Shown: positions 13,201 through 27,880 of the stretch, piece by piece
How the letters are laid out: every line of letters begins with the position of its first letter
Position numbering within the stretch: the first letter of the stretch is position 1
NCBI GenBank assembly: GCA_964234715.1
Contig: OZ174279.1
DNA: 64,000 nt
Source of the DNA: Podarcis melisellensis
Lineage: Eukaryota
Direction: 5' to 3' (one strand)
Translations under genes and position numbers: made by a program
The notes under the pieces: model-generated
What the model was told of the DNA's origin: nothing
Seen by the model: the letters and a program-made list of their open reading frames with translations, nothing else
Databases searched by the model: none

Positions 13201-16200
13201 GATGGGGAGTCCCTGTCCAAATGCCTCTGCATCTGAAGGACCACAGATGGGCGAATGAGAGACTGGGGAGGGGGCTACAGGCCACACTGTCCTGTAGTGT
13301 ACTTGGGGGGGGGGGGAGGGGAGAACACCTTAATTTAATTCAGTGTGTGGCCCATGGGTTCTGTGTTGAGAGGTCAGATTGCCCTGTTATAGTAAGACAA
13401 CCCACACTTACCAGAAGCCTGGATGTTTTGGAAAGGCTCAGAAACCACCCTGGGCTTGAGAGTAGAACAGGGAATCCCCCAAATCTTGCAAGGAATCTCC
13501 AAGAAGCTGTGAAAGTGCAAGACATCTGGCAGCCATTTAAGCCCTTGCAAAGTCAGTGTGAGACTAGGGGATTCCCCCATCCTTGTCCTCAGCCTGAAGC
13601 AGGGACTCTCCCAGACTATGAAAGCAGCAAGTTGCCTCACCGCTTTCCAAGCCTCTTTGAAGTTCAGCTTGGTATCACAGCCAATAGCATGCCATGCTCC
13701 CCCACATTTTGTAGTAAATAGGCCATTGAAGCTATGCAATTTCTACCCATATGACATATGAAATGGACTGAGGCCAAGAATAGCATGGCTATTCTGCCCT
13801 GACCACTGACCATACTGTCAGGGACAGATGGGAACTGCAGTCCAGCCACATCTGGAGGGCAGCGTGGTCCCGATTCCTGACCTAGGAAAGCATGATCATG
13901 GCAGCAGCAAGATTTGCATTTGGCTCACAGCTTTCTTAATCATTATACTGCATTGCTAAAAATAGTACGTTCTGCTTGAAACAGACTAGAGCCTGTGGGT
14001 TGCTACCTTCATGATCAGATTGTGCTCAGTGCTACCTGGGCAAAAGTGGAGCAGTTGTGGCAAAAAGTATCATATTGGTTCTGATGAGCACGTTAGCTTT
14101 AGGCTTTGAAACCTCATGTTACACCAGAAGGCAAAAGAATATCTTAAATGTGACCCTTTAAAAATATATCATGTGATTTGATGGAAATCTTTACATTTAA
14201 GCACTGATGGTGATGGTGCAAATATATGGTATTAAAAGATCAAACCGACCTCCATATGTTTATTAAATGTGTGTTTGCTGGTTCAGTTATAAAACAGGAA
14301 CTTTCAACACTATGCAAACTACTAATATTAATCAGAACAATTGAGATTTGAATAACACCTGGGGTCACACACACACACCCTCTGCTCTTCTGCTTTAAGA
14401 CCTCTTTGCTGGACCATGCTCACTTTTGATTTTTGACCAAGCTGGGGGGGGGCATCTTAAAAGCAGTGGCATGTGGAAAGGGAAATCTTTCATTCCATCC
14501 CTAGTATGCTTGTTGTTTTGACAGAGGAGCAATTGCATGTTTAAGAAGCACATATGCTTCTCATTTATGGTAGCTCCAAGTGATCTGTTAGTTTGTGAAG
14601 TTCATTGTAGATATAGAAAATGAGGGGTATATTCATTCCTGCCCATTATGCCTAGTTAGTTACTGGTCATCACATTACCAGTGTTTATTACATTTATATC
14701 CTACCTTTTCTCCAAGGATTTCAAAATTATCTACCCTCAGCTGCTTTTTATTCTCACAAGAACTCTGTGAGGCCAGTTTGACAGAGAGATCATGCCATGC
14801 TAGATAGGCTTTGCTTGTCTACAAATATCTTCAGCAAAGTGAATTCTGTTCACTTATTCCTTCCAATTATAATAATAATAATAAAATTTTATTTATATCC
14901 TGCCCTCCCCAGCCGAAGCACATTATACCCCAGCAACTAGAGTCTAGTTGATATGGGAAAACCCGTAAGTTATGATTGTCTGTGGAGTAAGTCAGGATTC
15001 TTCAAAGCATTGGAATGAATAAAAGATCTCCAGTTACTTCCCAGCCCTTCCGTCCAAAGATTTTATAATGCAGGAAATTATGAAAAAAAGGATACAGCTA
15101 AAAATTAGATGGTTATCAGGCTCTCTCCCCCACCCCACCCCTTTCTCATATTAAAAAGAACACTTTCTGGAATCTATTAATTGTTCTCTCAGAATTACTT
15201 CTGGGGTCTTTTAGAAGTCTCAAGGGGGCATGTTAAAAAACTGGAGGAAGGCGTAAATAACAGCACAGAAAACCGAAGAAAGCAAATCAGCACATCATAG
15301 AAATGCCAATGTTGTGGAAACACTTCCTCTCATAAGAACAATGTCCTGAATACACACAGTTTGGTAGGAAATGAGGAAGCAGGGCAGTACAACATACAAA
15401 GGGCAAAACAGTCTCCAATTGTGATCCACACAATGCAGTTTTTGGCCTGTCACACAAGACCTTCAGTCATGTTCGTCTTAATATTCTTCTCAGGCCACAG
15501 ATCTCACATAACCTACCGGTATTAGCTTCAATAGATACCCTTGTAACACAAGCCTTTCCAGACTGGTACCCACCAGATACTGCTGACTATGAGTATGGCT
15601 AGTGGCAAAGGATAATGGGAGTTATAGTCTAAAACAGCTCTAGGGCATCACATTGGGGAAGGCTGCTGCCTCTAGTGGCTTGATGATCTGTATATTTTGA
15701 GACCCATCATTCCCAACACACATGATCCATCCAATTTGAAACTTCAAACTCTGCTGCTGCAGTGGAGAAGAATAGGGCAAGAAGAATATCTTGTCATTGT
15801 GCTCAGAACCTCTCCTAATGGTAAGTAACCAAGAGCTAATGGAAAATTAATAGGCCAAAATAGCACATTGGAACTGGCTAGCCAACTGATGGACAATTGT
15901 TAGATGCTTCCCCATGTGTAGAAAAACATCCTTTAGCATGTAGAAGAACACAAGCATATCACAGAGAAGGGCTATAAATTACCCTTCTTCCTGGCATGCT
16001 AGCAGTTCATGTGAAGTAGGTTTTTATATGCAAAAACAAAAAACAAAAAAAACAAGGGAAGGTGGACAAGAAATCCACTAGTGAATAGAATATTGGCTGT
16101 AATGCGGAAACACTGAGCCGGTCCAAGTTGTGACTCATTTCTTTCTTCTTTACATCTATTTACCACAAACCTGGTATCTTTGTTACTGCCTCTGCCACTT

Positions 16201-16503
16201 CCTCACCGATCCACAGCACAGCTGGGAGGGCAGAAGGGCTTGTCTCAACAGGCCGGTGAGCAGCCTTTCAGGGACACAGAATTCCATGAGCGGCCAGACA
16301 CATTCCAACTGGTCACAGGCAAGAGGAGAAAGCACAAGTCAATATATCTCCCTGTTTGCAAAGCCATTTCTTCAGCTTCTGCTTCTGTGCTACAGCAGCA
16401 CTTGCCAACCTGGTCCCCTAACAGTTGACAGTTCTGGGCTACAAGTGTGCTGGCTGAGGCTGATGGCAGTTGTAGTCAAAAACATCTGGAAGACAGTGTG
16501 CTA

Positions 16504-16852
16504 AAGGTAAAGGTAAAGGGACCCCTGACCATTAGGTCCAGTCATGACCGACACTGGGGTTGCAGCGCTCATCTCACTTTATTGGCCGAGGGAGCCAGCG
16601 TACAGCTTCCGGGTCATGTGGCCAGCATGACTAAGCCGCTTCTGGCGAACCAGAGCAGCGCACGGAAATGCCGTTTACCGTCCTCACCTATTTATTTACT
16701 TGCACTTTGACGTACTTTCAAACTGCTAGGTTGGCAGGAGCAGGGACTGAGCAACGGGAGCTCACCCCATCGTGGGGATTCGAACCGCTGACCTTCTGAT
16801 CGGCTAGTCCTAGGTTCCGTGATTTAACTCACAGTGCCACCCGTGTCCCTTT
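16504..16852 (-). mobile_element. Sauria SINE, full length, 13-bp TSD, inserted into an older hAT-like MITE
   Basis: Same head and tail as 407-761. TSD AGACAGTGTGCTA at 16491-16503 and 16853-16865. The left flank carries the MITE signature GGCAGTTGTAGTCAAAAACATCTGGA. Confidence 0.93.
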
Positions 16853-19272
16853 AGACAGTGTGCTAGAGGGTGGCAAAGAATCAGTATGTTGCAAACTGAT
16901 TACACCTTACAGAAGCAGACCAGCAAAACTTCCATCGTTGCAACGAAACAGGGTCATCATTATGACCTACAAAGTGTGTGCTATAGGATCTTTGTCTTTT
17001 AAGAGGGTGGCGGAGGGAGGGAGGGTGGGTGGAGGGAAATGGCTACTGTATATAGATTATACTCACTAGCTAAAAATGTCACATCCACAAAAGTTCCAGA
17101 AAAAGAAAATAAATCCAATAATTCTCGTGCACTCAAATCCCTTGTTGTTCAAAATCACCTGGTGAATGCAAACAAGATAGAGTAGTCATGCCCTACACAG
17201 AATTAAAAATCAATAAGCTGTCGGGTCCATGAAAACAAGCATATCGATTCCACAGAAAAGGCTGTAGCAGGACATTTTGCTACCTGAGGCAAAGGTCAAG
17301 ACAGTACTCCCCCTCCCATTCCATGTGCAGATGATGACCAGGATGGCAGCTGAAACTTGTTTTCAAAACCAGGGGCAGAAGAGCATCCTTCACCACACCT
17401 GAGGGCAGCAGGATGTCACACAAGGCACAGCGAAGATTGCGTGGCACACACAGATTCCGTCCTCCAACACTTCCCTGCCACTCAGCATTTGCTGCCTGAG
17501 GCAGCCCCCCACTATGCCATATGGCAGGCAGGCCCAGTCCACATGCAACAGTCATCCAAGAAGTGGCCTTATACATCTCCGTGCGTTTGTTTGAAGACAG
17601 TTAAAATACATGCTCTTTGAGAACATAGCAAGAACCTCATACATCTACTCATCTGTCTGTTCCATTAATACTATAGAGGTTTAAAGCTAGGGTCTCTAGG
17701 ACAAGCGGTTTCACTACAAGTACTTAAGTCCTGGATAGAGAAGGGAAGCTTCAAGCTTACTTGCAAGATACAGCGATGGCCAGTGTTCAAGAGCTGCTCG
17801 GTATGACTAAGGGTGCATTCAGACATGGGAATTATTGAACTGATTCTCCTAACTATAGGGCTTCTATCCAGGATTCTAATGTTCCTTTTACACTGCATTG
17901 CCAGTTGTGCTATGGAGCTGTGGCTGTTTGACTGGTACACCACCGTTTTGTGCTAAATTTTAAATGCTGGGAAAGAACGGTATGCTGGAATACCATCTGA
18001 AAGGTCATCACGTGAAATTACAAGGCAAAGTTCCAATGACTTTTGGAGTTAATGGAGTTGCAAACAAATTTCTTCTGGAAGCAAATTAACACAGACATGA
18101 GTGCTGAACCTCCACTAGATTCCGCTAGTTTGCCAGAAGTGGCTTTGACATTGTGTGAAATATCACTTAAAATGTGGAAATTATCAGCTAAGGAAGCATT
18201 GTGAAAATGGAACAAAGTTCTGTCTGAATGCACTTGTCATTAATTTACATGCTGCAGGATTTCAAAACACATTCCAAGGCTGAGTCCAAGTGAGCCTCAG
18301 TCCAGGTCCAAATTAAGCTCCGCCTGTTACAGTTACATCATGGGTTGCTCCCTCCACTCACAGTGCAATCTGATAAATAGCAAGTCCCACTGAGCTCAGT
18401 CAGGCTTACTCCCAAGGCAGGAGGGTATGGGGCTGAAGACTTATTATCTCCCCTCCCATTTCACAGTGTGCCTTAAACCAGGAAAGGATCCTAACCAAAA
18501 AAGAAAGGAAAAAGCCCCCTTGAATCCAAACTCTAGGAAGTACAGTTTCTCAGATTCTATGCATGTCTCTTACAGCCCCCAAACTCCCTTGTTCAACACT
18601 ACATAAGAGGCCCCTCCAAAAGGAAGTATGGCTTCCTGTTTCAGTGTTTGTTGAAATCACCCCCAATAACCTGGGAGTTTTTCAGTGTTCCTCATGAAGT
18701 ACAGTAACAAATGCTTGCACTGGGGTGGGAGGGAGTAGGAAGGGGAAATTTTGCTGCTAGATCCTTTTAGCTACAAGTTAAATGACTCTGGTGTTGCCCT
18801 ACACTAAATTTTAAGGCCACAAAACCCACACTAGTCATCTTCTGAAGGAAGAACACATATAAGGCACAATTGGTGGACGGCCTCTGGTAAGCATCAATTT
18901 TTTAAAGTCTGACCTAGATAAATTAACTTTATGCAGCATAAGTAGCCTGATATGTTTGCTTCATGGGAATCACAGTCCGATCCCATAAGATCGGAATATT
19001 TGCCTTTAGGCAGAATTGTTTGTAATTGGATAGTATTATTAGGCTGCCATATCCCAAACCATCATCAGATGTGCTTTCAGTGGAATCCTGCCCACAAAGG
19101 CAAGAGGTCAGGGGTGAGGGAAATCTATTTCTGTAGACACTGACCCTTCATGTTTAGAATATTAGATCAAACACTCACAGTTTTCCCATGATGCTGATAC
19201 TCAGCAGACCTTTTCTTTCCGCTGCTAAACTTTCATTGTTATATTTATAGCCTGTGGCTCCTTAGAAGACAT

Positions 19273-19366
19273 GCAACCCAATCCTATGCATATTTACTTG
19301 GAAGCAAGTCCTGTAAGTATTCAGTGAGGCTTACTCTCTGGTAAGTGTGCATAGAATTGCTGCCTC
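19273..19366. repeat. Short palindromic interspersed repeat (related copies ~18360-18440, 23898-23990, 26700-26770, 59767-59855)
   Basis: CAATCCTATGCA...GTAAGTGTGCATAGAATTG inverted structure recurring at several loci. Confidence 0.55.
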
Positions 19367-21508
19367 AAGGCAGTTTACATGGGCCACCTAAGCACTAACC
19401 AGATTTGCACCCGCTTAGCCTCAACAGGTGTTCCCAATTCAGAAATATTATTTGACATATTCAAAACCCGACTCTCCACCTTGCAAGGCCCTTAAGGATG
19501 CTTACAATCCAAAAACAGCACCTCCTGGATTTCTGGATGGGTTGAATCATGGTTTTCTTTGGAATCCAAGACCCATAATGAATACTACGAGGTGGTCTAA
19601 GGGCTTTGTTGAAAATCCCCCCCTTTAAAAACAGCTCCGGGTTCGGCTCCTGCTGTGAGGTTTGAAAACAAGGGCTAAGAATGCCTTAAGAACAATGTCA
19701 TGTGCTGCTGCTCTCAGGGAGATTGTACAGGGTGGGGTGGAATATAGCTGTCTCTGCGGATCCAGTAGCAGAAAAGCATGGCTTCCCCCACAATACAGTA
19801 TCCCAGAGAGAAACAACACATTACCACACACAACTGGTCCCAGGTGCATTTACAGTCCCATTTTTGAGCTGCACTGTTGTAGCTGCTCCAGGTGGCTACT
19901 ATCTGTTTTTAACAACAAAAGTTTTATGTGGACCACTTCAGTGAGCGAACAGCTAAGTTTATACATTGCAGGGTTGTTGTTTAAGTCCACACTTTACTGT
20001 ATCAACAGAATGAAGCAGACTTTAAAACACATACACACAGAAGTGGCACAGGGTGATTTGGGACTGATCTATGCCTAGTCCCCAGTCATCAGCTTCATAA
20101 CCATTTTAATCAGACAGGTTTAGAGGGAAGAAGGCATTCCTTCATATTAACCATGTACACACTGTAAACTTTGTGGAAGCAATTCAAGATGCCTGAATAA
20201 GCAGGTCATCTGGAGCATCCCTGTTTTGTGGATGGTAATGGGATCCACTGGACAAATTGTTCCCTTTAATCCTGCTCCTCTACATGAGTTATTACGTGGA
20301 CAAACAGACCCAAACAGTTCAATACAGATTCAATAACCAAAGAACACTTCAGTGTCTCACAGTCACACACAAGCAGCCAACAAACTTAACTGCAACAAAT
20401 AACTAACCATGCTGTGCACAGAAGGCTGAATGGACTGGACCAGTGTTTTGTGCATGAATTATAAGCCCAAGGAGCAGTTACTCAAGTAATTTGCACACAA
20501 AATGATTATAATGCCATTACAGTTCCTTAATCTGACAGCTTTACTTAACTGACTGGTCTCGTCGGTATACCCATTGTATGACAGATGATAATTCAGCATT
20601 CCAAACTAGGCAAATAAAATGCCAGTTGCATGAGCAATTTTAGATGCTTGATATGAATCACCTTGCTTCCTCCTTAGGGAAGAGCACGCCCTTGTTTTGC
20701 CTTCTTTTCCAGCACACTTACTTCCAACATCCCAGGTGTTGTCCCAACTCCTCACCTTCTCCACAAGGCACATTTTTGTTTCATCTTTTCAACCCAGACA
20801 TTTTCACAAGCAGAATTTACATACTCTCCAACAGAGGCTGGCTCAGTGAAATGGTATTCACTGATTTCTGTGGAGAACAGCCTGATCTTAGCTGACGGAG
20901 ACTCAGATTCAGATCTCTGTTCAGTCCTGTAGCTTTTTAGCCGATATTGGACAAGTCAGTATATATAAAACAGTAACCTTAAGCAACAAAACTGAATATA
21001 TATTGTTAGGACTACATGGCCTGTTTAAGTTACTACACTGCCCCATATTATGGGAAATGGCAAGAAGGTGCATTGAGTGTAGTACGGAGATCATGGACAC
21101 TGCTGCCAAATGTGGCCTCTCTGAATCATCACTAGGGGCAGAGACGTCATTCACATGCTGGGGCTTAGTGGGTTCCCTGAAGGACTGACCAGATACCACA
21201 CAAAATACAAGGTGGTTTGGCTCACTGGTCCCATGAGAGGGCATGGTCTGGATGCATCTATTAGTGGCTCCATCCAAGAGCTGGATGTGGCTTGTCACAA
21301 ACCAGTAAAAGCTTCTATCTGCAGATACCATCTCAACACATTTCGTTGCACAGTTGTGCTTATCACTATCGCTCTGAAAGATCTCTTGCAAAAAAGGTAC
21401 CGAGCCTCTCTTTTTACAAAGCAGTTGTGCCGTCTCAAAGAACTTAGCCCAAGCATTCACATAAATAGCCTTCAGGGTTGTAGCTTAAGGACTTGCATCT
21501 ATTGGAAA

Positions 21509-21789
21509 GTCACACAGGGACTGGTTCAGATGCTTGAAATTCCTCCATGTGAAATGCCCACATAGGCACAGCTGCATTAAGGAAGTTAGCATCCGTTCTG
21601 GTACAGCCACGATTTACAGTGCTTTCTGAGGATAATAGATGCAAGCACTGCAGCTGGAAAACACACTGCATTGCTCATGTGGCTAGTGGTATGTGCACCC
21701 AGGGTGGAATGAGGCAGGTGCTACCTCTTCTCTGCATTCAAGGCTATTTTCCATGGGGGAATTTCAAGCATCTGAACCAGCCCAGTGAC
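21509..21789. mobile_element. MITE with ~40-bp terminal inverted repeats
   Basis: CTGGTTCAGATGCTTGAAATTCCTCCATG on the left is the near-perfect reverse complement of CATGGGGGAATTTCAAGCATCTGAACCAG on the right. Confidence 0.7.
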
Positions 21790-23166
21790 ATACATTATAA
21801 CAGGTTGGTCAGTTGAACTTCTATACACACACTTACTTCAGTTAAAGACTTTTTCCTTTCCCTGACCCATCACAAAATGATTGCTCTTATTCCACAGCAA
21901 TATCATGCTTCTAGTTAGAAACCCACAACTTAATGGTGGTCCCATGACAATGTGCCTGTCTGGGCTAATCAGCAGGCCACCCTCATGACTCAAGGGGATG
22001 CAGAACATGCATTAATAGAAACAAGGGTGCCACAGTTGCCTCGGCTGTGAAGCGATAGCAGGGGCTATGCTGAGAGCCCTAGGACAAAGAGGTGTGGCTT
22101 TCTTCATGCCATGATGGATACACCTCCTCTACTGCCAGGAAGCCTGGATTCTGGGAATGTGGTTTCTGCCATGCCTATGGCTGACATGAAGAGGATCAGC
22201 CCTAAAGCACTCTTGATGGCGCATCTGTGCTTAAAGCCATCTAAATTGGGGTCATTACTACATCTCATGGGAGTGAATTGTATAGTTTAACTGTACACTG
22301 CATGAAGAACTTTCTTTTGTCTGTTCTGAATTTTCCAGCCCTCATTCAAAGAGAGATGAGGGCAAAAGAAAGCTCAGACACAACTTAATGCTTTACCCCC
22401 CGCATCTGATGCTATAGCTAAGGTAGCAGAGGTACAGGGCAGGTGCCCCTCCCTGTCACATTTATCATGCCAAATCCTGTGTAGATAAGCCTTAGATCTT
22501 GTCTAGTCAATGATTAGTTGTTCTGTCTTGTTATGAAGTCGATTGCAAGTTAGCTAACCTGTTTACAGACACCAGGTTAGAATCCAGTCTAGCAAGCTAT
22601 AATAAACATTCATTTTCATGAAACAAATGTTGGTTGAATGTCTAGACTCACCTTGAGATTGTCAGTTAATTCATTTTAATTGGGATATCATGATCCAGCA
22701 AGGAAAGTCTGCATTGGGTCATCCATACACAGTCAAGTACCTTGCATTCAGCATCTGGGGTTGCACAAACACCCGGGGGATCATTTTAAGTCTACAGGTG
22801 CAACTTTGAACAGGCAATCAGCATCATCAGGTGTGAGAATACTGTAGTTATATCTTATTTAAAGAGCTACAAATCCAGTTTCCTTTCCCCTCTTTCCTTT
22901 AAAAGGTAGTAAGTACTGCCAAACTGGTTGTGTCAATTATATATTTAGTATGTACATGCAGATCCCTGAAAGAAGCCTGTAGCTATAGGCAAAGGCAAGC
23001 CTTTGAGTCTGGAAATCCTGGGGATCTTTCCCTGGCCTGACCTTCACATCTTCTTCATGTGTGTTGGGGGGGTTGGTTGGTTGCTGCATTGTGCCTGCCC
23101 ACCAAAATACCCCACCTAGGTGGCTGCCCGAAGTGTCACTCATTCATCTGTTCCAAGGTAGAGAAA

Positions 23167-23284
23167 CAGGGCTTTTTTCAGCCAGAACTCACAGGAACGC
23201 AGAGGTGGGTGCCATTGCCATTATAAAAGAAAAAAGAGGTGTTCATGGTGAGTTCTGGCACCTTTTTCTATAAAAATAGCACTG
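23167..23284. mobile_element. Internally deleted relative of the 51581-52139 DNA transposon
   Basis: Termini CAGGGCTTTTTTC / AAAAATAGCACTG and shared subterminal GGTGAGTTCTGGCACCT. Confidence 0.6.
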
Positions 23285-25768
23285 GGGAGACTTAATGACA
23301 CCAGTTGGCAACAAGCTCAGAGCATCATCAACTGGTTGCCACTGTAACATTCTGAATAGCACACTTTTTAGACTTGTTGTGGTGCATGCATACTTGTGTG
23401 CAAACTTTACCAGCGTGGGTCAGCCAACCGACCAAATCAATTCCAGGACCTATCTTGAAAATTCAGCCTCACATCACAGATTTCCCTTTGAGAAAGTTGC
23501 ATGGAGAATTCTGATGATTCCATGGGAATCATCCCTAAAGCCATCAAGTGCAGGCTAAACATTACATCATTCTTAAAACAGTTGGAAATTATACACCAAT
23601 TTAGCTGAATTCACAGCATGCCCCCTCCCAACATGGCAGAGCGAATAACAACAGATTAAAACAAAAACACAAAAATGCCTCTCTAAAATCCTGTTGCGAT
23701 CCAAGTAAAACAGCCAAAGAACAAAACAGCAGCTGAGTGTCCCAATCACCAACCAGCTTCTCTTTAGCCCACCACAAACCAACCTCAACAGAAATGGACT
23801 TCTTGCAAGTGTGCTGAAAGTCATACTAGAGCTATTCCCCAGCCTTAAAGCTTCTCAAATAGAGACACTTACTGGTTTGATTCCTTAGAGAAGTTAACAG
23901 AGCAATCCTAGTCATGTCTACTCAGAAGTCTCTATTTTGTCCAATAGATCTTACCCCCAGATAAGTAAGGGGGCATAGGACTGCAGCCAAAAATGTGTTT
24001 ATGGACTTATTTATTTATTGTAATTTCTATACCACTTTATATTTTTAATAAAAACCTTGAAGCAGTGTATAGCATATGGTGTCCTCTCTTTATCATATGG
24101 GATTGTTTCTTAATACTTCATGTAGAGAGATTCCCTGGCCCTGGCAAGACTCCAGGGGGAAGAAGTCCTTAGCTAAGCTATCAATGGTGCCTTTCTGTGT
24201 GTACTTGGCCAACCCCAGAGAGCACAATCAAACATCAGAGAGGAAGTTGTCTCCCCTAAACCCCTTTCCCCCTGCCTATGAAGTTGTCAGCCGCCTCCCC
24301 CACATTCCCCTCCTGACTCTTCTGCCAGCGCTGGCTCCTCCTGGGGGGCTGCCTTGCCAGCCGCTGCTACTGCGACAGCTCCTGCACTTTCTGCAGACAC
24401 AACCCTCGCATAACAGGAGAAGAATGGTGCTCTCTGTTCCCACAGCACAGCCCGTGCATCTGCACCAAAGGCAAAAGGAACCACATCCCCAATGTAATCG
24501 GGCAGCCTCACACTTAAGCCCTTACGTACACAAATCCTTTATCGAAAGGCATTTGGGGCTTTCATTTTCACCTCACTTTTCGTGTGGACATTTGCTGCTC
24601 TTCAGGTTTAGTTATTTCGGCAAACCACTCCTCAACTTTACCTCACTTTCTTCAATGGTTGCTTTTGCACTAAACACACATCTGGGATCTTTCCAGCTCT
24701 GTGTATACATTGGGGATAACCAATATGGCACCCTTCAGATGCTACTGAGCTCCCATCAGCCCTAGGTAGCATGGTGAGAGATAATGGCAGTTGTAGTCCA
24801 GCCATGTCTGAAGAGCACCGTGTTGACTATCTCTGGTGTGCATCCTTGTTACACACAGAGCCACCTGTAAGACACATGGCACTTCCCCTTGCCAACATAA
24901 GGAAAACAGTAAGATGCAATTCTTTGACACTTCAACACTACGGCTTGGGGAATGTGCTTGAGGCAGAAGCAGAGGTGGTTGTTTCTTACCCATGAGAGCT
25001 GCACTGAAGCAGCTCTCACTCCAGAAACTATCCACAGTTTTTAGAGCTTTCCATTATTTCTTTTCTTTGCGCTAGCTAGTTTCATCCCAAGGGACTGACC
25101 GGTGGGATACGAAGCTGCACTGTACTAGGCCGGACTGCTTGTCAATCTTCAGGGTTAATCCAAGACACTGCCTACATTTGGAACAGGAAATGGCTGCCCC
25201 CCAGATCAGGTACCCACTCCCTTCTCCCCAGTTCAAGTTGCATATTGACCAAGGTTGGTCAAGTTATTTGGGCACCTGGTCCCATTCCCAACAGAGCAAA
25301 AACACAATAATAAATTAAATAAGGGGTTTCTGCCTTTTCATGTTTGCCTGATACAATTGCCTCACTGGCCATGATTTTCTGGAAAATGTTGACTAGGAAT
25401 AATTTCAAGAACATTTTCCTATGCAAATGAAGTGGATTTGCATAGGGTGATTTGAAAATGAGGCAAGTAGAGAATGGTCTAATTCACATGTTTATTTTAC
25501 TTGCATTTAGTAAACCAAACTTTTAAAAAGTACTCAATTTCTTACCACAAATGTATGACCTGAAATATATGTATCCTCTTCACATACTAGCGATAATCAC
25601 CTGGAAAAACATTAATTGAAACTTTGGAACTCCCAAGCTTGCCTCACAACATATTTACAGTAGGTACCCATTTGTGGTTACTAATGAAATGGGAAATTTT
25701 CCACAGTAAAATGAAGCACTGAGGAAAATAATTCCAGAATTACTTCTACTCCACATCACTGCCTAATG

Positions 25769-25904
25769 CAGGCTTCCTCAAACTCGGCCCTCCAGATGTT
25801 TTGATACTACAGTTCCCATTATTCCTGACCACTGGTCCTGCTAGCTAGGGATCATGGGAGTTGTAGGCCAAAAACATCTGGAGGGCTGAGTTTGAGGAAG
25901 CCTG
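25769..25904. mobile_element. hAT MITE, near-perfect palindrome, 8-bp TSD
   Basis: TIR CAGGCTTCCTCAAACTC / GAGTTTGAGGAAGCCTG. TSD GCCTAATG (25761-68) and GCCTAATC (25905-12). Confidence 0.85.
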
Positions 25905-27679
25905 GCCTAATCTTTCCTCTCCATCTTTCCTAGGACTAGTGTTGAATGGTAGGCAGTAGCTCTTCAGTGTCTCAGGTAGAGTGAGTGGTGTAGTTCAACT
26001 CTAGATATGAATGGGCCAAGTTCACATTGCTGGCTAATAAAAGCCAGCACAAGTCCCACTAGCACAACAGGCCACGTGTGACCCCCCTCCCAAGTCCCCC
26101 CAACCCCAGAACAGGACACAGGGCAGGTGAAGGGAGGAGATCATTCCATCTCGCAAGCAGAAACACTTGTACTGAGTGAATGATCACCACAGTGAGACCT
26201 TGAATCCCACCCAATGGTCTTATACCCAAACCCCAAACCCTTTAGGTGTCCTGCTAAATTTGGGGCCTCTCATGCCCTGCCCACTTTGCTGAGTGGGACT
26301 CTGGACCCTGCCTCCAATTCCTGTGTTGTTGGCCCTACTAGGCAGTCCCTCGCCTGCTGCTTGACCCTTTCAATTGATAATACCAGGGGCTGAACCCAGA
26401 GTCTTCTGAATGCATTGGCATGTGTTCTTCTCCTGAGCAATGATGGTCACTTTTGAAAGCCAGTCACCACCTCCAAGGTGCAGGGAGAAGGCAGGGAACT
26501 CTCATTTCAGGGCTCTGTCTCACTCAGATATATTCAGACAAACTACAGTAATAACTATAATGAACTATTCCCATTGTGAATGACTATTTCAATAGTGAAT
26601 GAACACTGTTACTATTATCCAACAGCAAAGCTGATATCTGGACACAAAAATGGACATATACAGTGCCATAAAGGTTAACAGGAGGTTACATTAAGAGACC
26701 TAGGCTGCAATACTAGGCCCACATATCTCTGCAGGGGTTACTTCTGAGTAGACATGAGTAGGATTGCACAACACAGACCACGATTCCTGAAAACTGCAGA
26801 TTCAGGAAGTGCTGGACAATTGTCAACTACTATCTATTCAGATTACATATACATAAATAAATGACTCTTTGTAGACTGGTCAGTTACCATTGGAATAAGG
26901 CAAACCTATGAGAGCAGTCCTGTCGAGCTCCGGAGAATGAAAAATTCATTTTAAAGGTTTGCATTATAAATGCAGAAAGCCAGATCCTCAGGTACTGATG
27001 GAAACTGGCCTCACCAGACTATAATGTCAGCTGGTCCAACCACCTCCTAAACTGGTAAAGTGAGTAGACATTTATTTATTATATTTAGATTCCTTTCCTG
27101 CCCTGGCCCTAGGGCAGCATGCTGGTTGCAATGCATCCAGGGATGAGTGGTGGAGGAAAAGTTTCCAGTGCTTTTCCAGTGATTTTTTTTGTCATAAGGT
27201 CATTATTGACAATAAATGAATGCAGGTTGCAAATACAATGTTAGGTAACCTTGGGAGTTTTAGTTTTGTTTACTGAATGCAAATGAAAATAAACAAGCAT
27301 TCTATATCAGAACACCCTGTAGGGCATCAGAAAATTTTCTCAGTGTAAAAGGAAAATTTTCCCAGTGCAAATTGCTGTCATGTGTAGACGTAAAATTTCC
27401 CAGAAAAATTCCCAGTTCAACATTTTCTGGAAATCCCACATCACTGAATGCTGCCTTTCCTTGCTGCATCTTCTCAATAACCCTGCAAAGTAAGACAGAC
27501 TAAATGACAGCCATTCGATAAACTGCACAACTGAGCAAATATTGGAACATTTGGACCCACCACATTGGCTTATATTGTATATGAACAAGAAAAAAGATAA
27601 AATTACAGTACAATCCTGTGCAAAATTACTCAGAAGTAAACCTCAATGCGTGCAATGCAACTTACTCCCACCAGGTAAG

Positions 27680-27880
27680 AAAGGGGATTTTAGGAATAAC
27701 TTTCTGACAGCATGGGCAGTTCTGTGGTGGACCAGATTACCTAGTGGGCTCACCTAATCTTTGGTTTTTAAGCAGAAGTTGAAGAGATGCTCATTTGGGA
27801 TGATGTGGATGTAGTTTTCCTGTACCTGCAAGGGCATGGACTAGGTGAGCTTTGTGTTCCCTTCCACCTCTGTGACTTTA
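27680..27880 (+). mobile_element. Degenerate CR1 3' fragment
   Basis: GGTTTTTAAGCAGAAGTTG...TGGACTAGGTGAGC...GTTCCCTTCCACCTCT resembles the CR1 3' terminus. Confidence 0.6.

Noticed and set aside
14078-14118. CTGATGAG...GAAAC hammerhead-like words
   Set aside because: No convincing helix II or helix I pairing, so probably chance.
17760-17830. EQLL-containing minus-strand segment ending at a GTAAGC donor, considered as AFAP1L2 exon 2
   Set aside because: The rest does not match the expected ALEQLLTELDDFLKILD and the phase is incompatible. Exon 2 probably lies left of the window.
20921-21460. 179-aa minus-strand ORF with faint resemblance to a Gypsy integrase core (VNAWAKFFE..., LDGATNRCIQTM)
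   Set aside because: Catalytic DDE residues are not identifiable and there are no LTRs or other domains. A profile search (Pfam rve) would be needed, and it cannot be supported by eye.
24076-24765. Longest ORF in the track (229 aa, + strand)
   Set aside because: No recognisable domain, low-complexity composition, it runs into a MITE, and it is antisense within the presumed AFAP1L2 intron.
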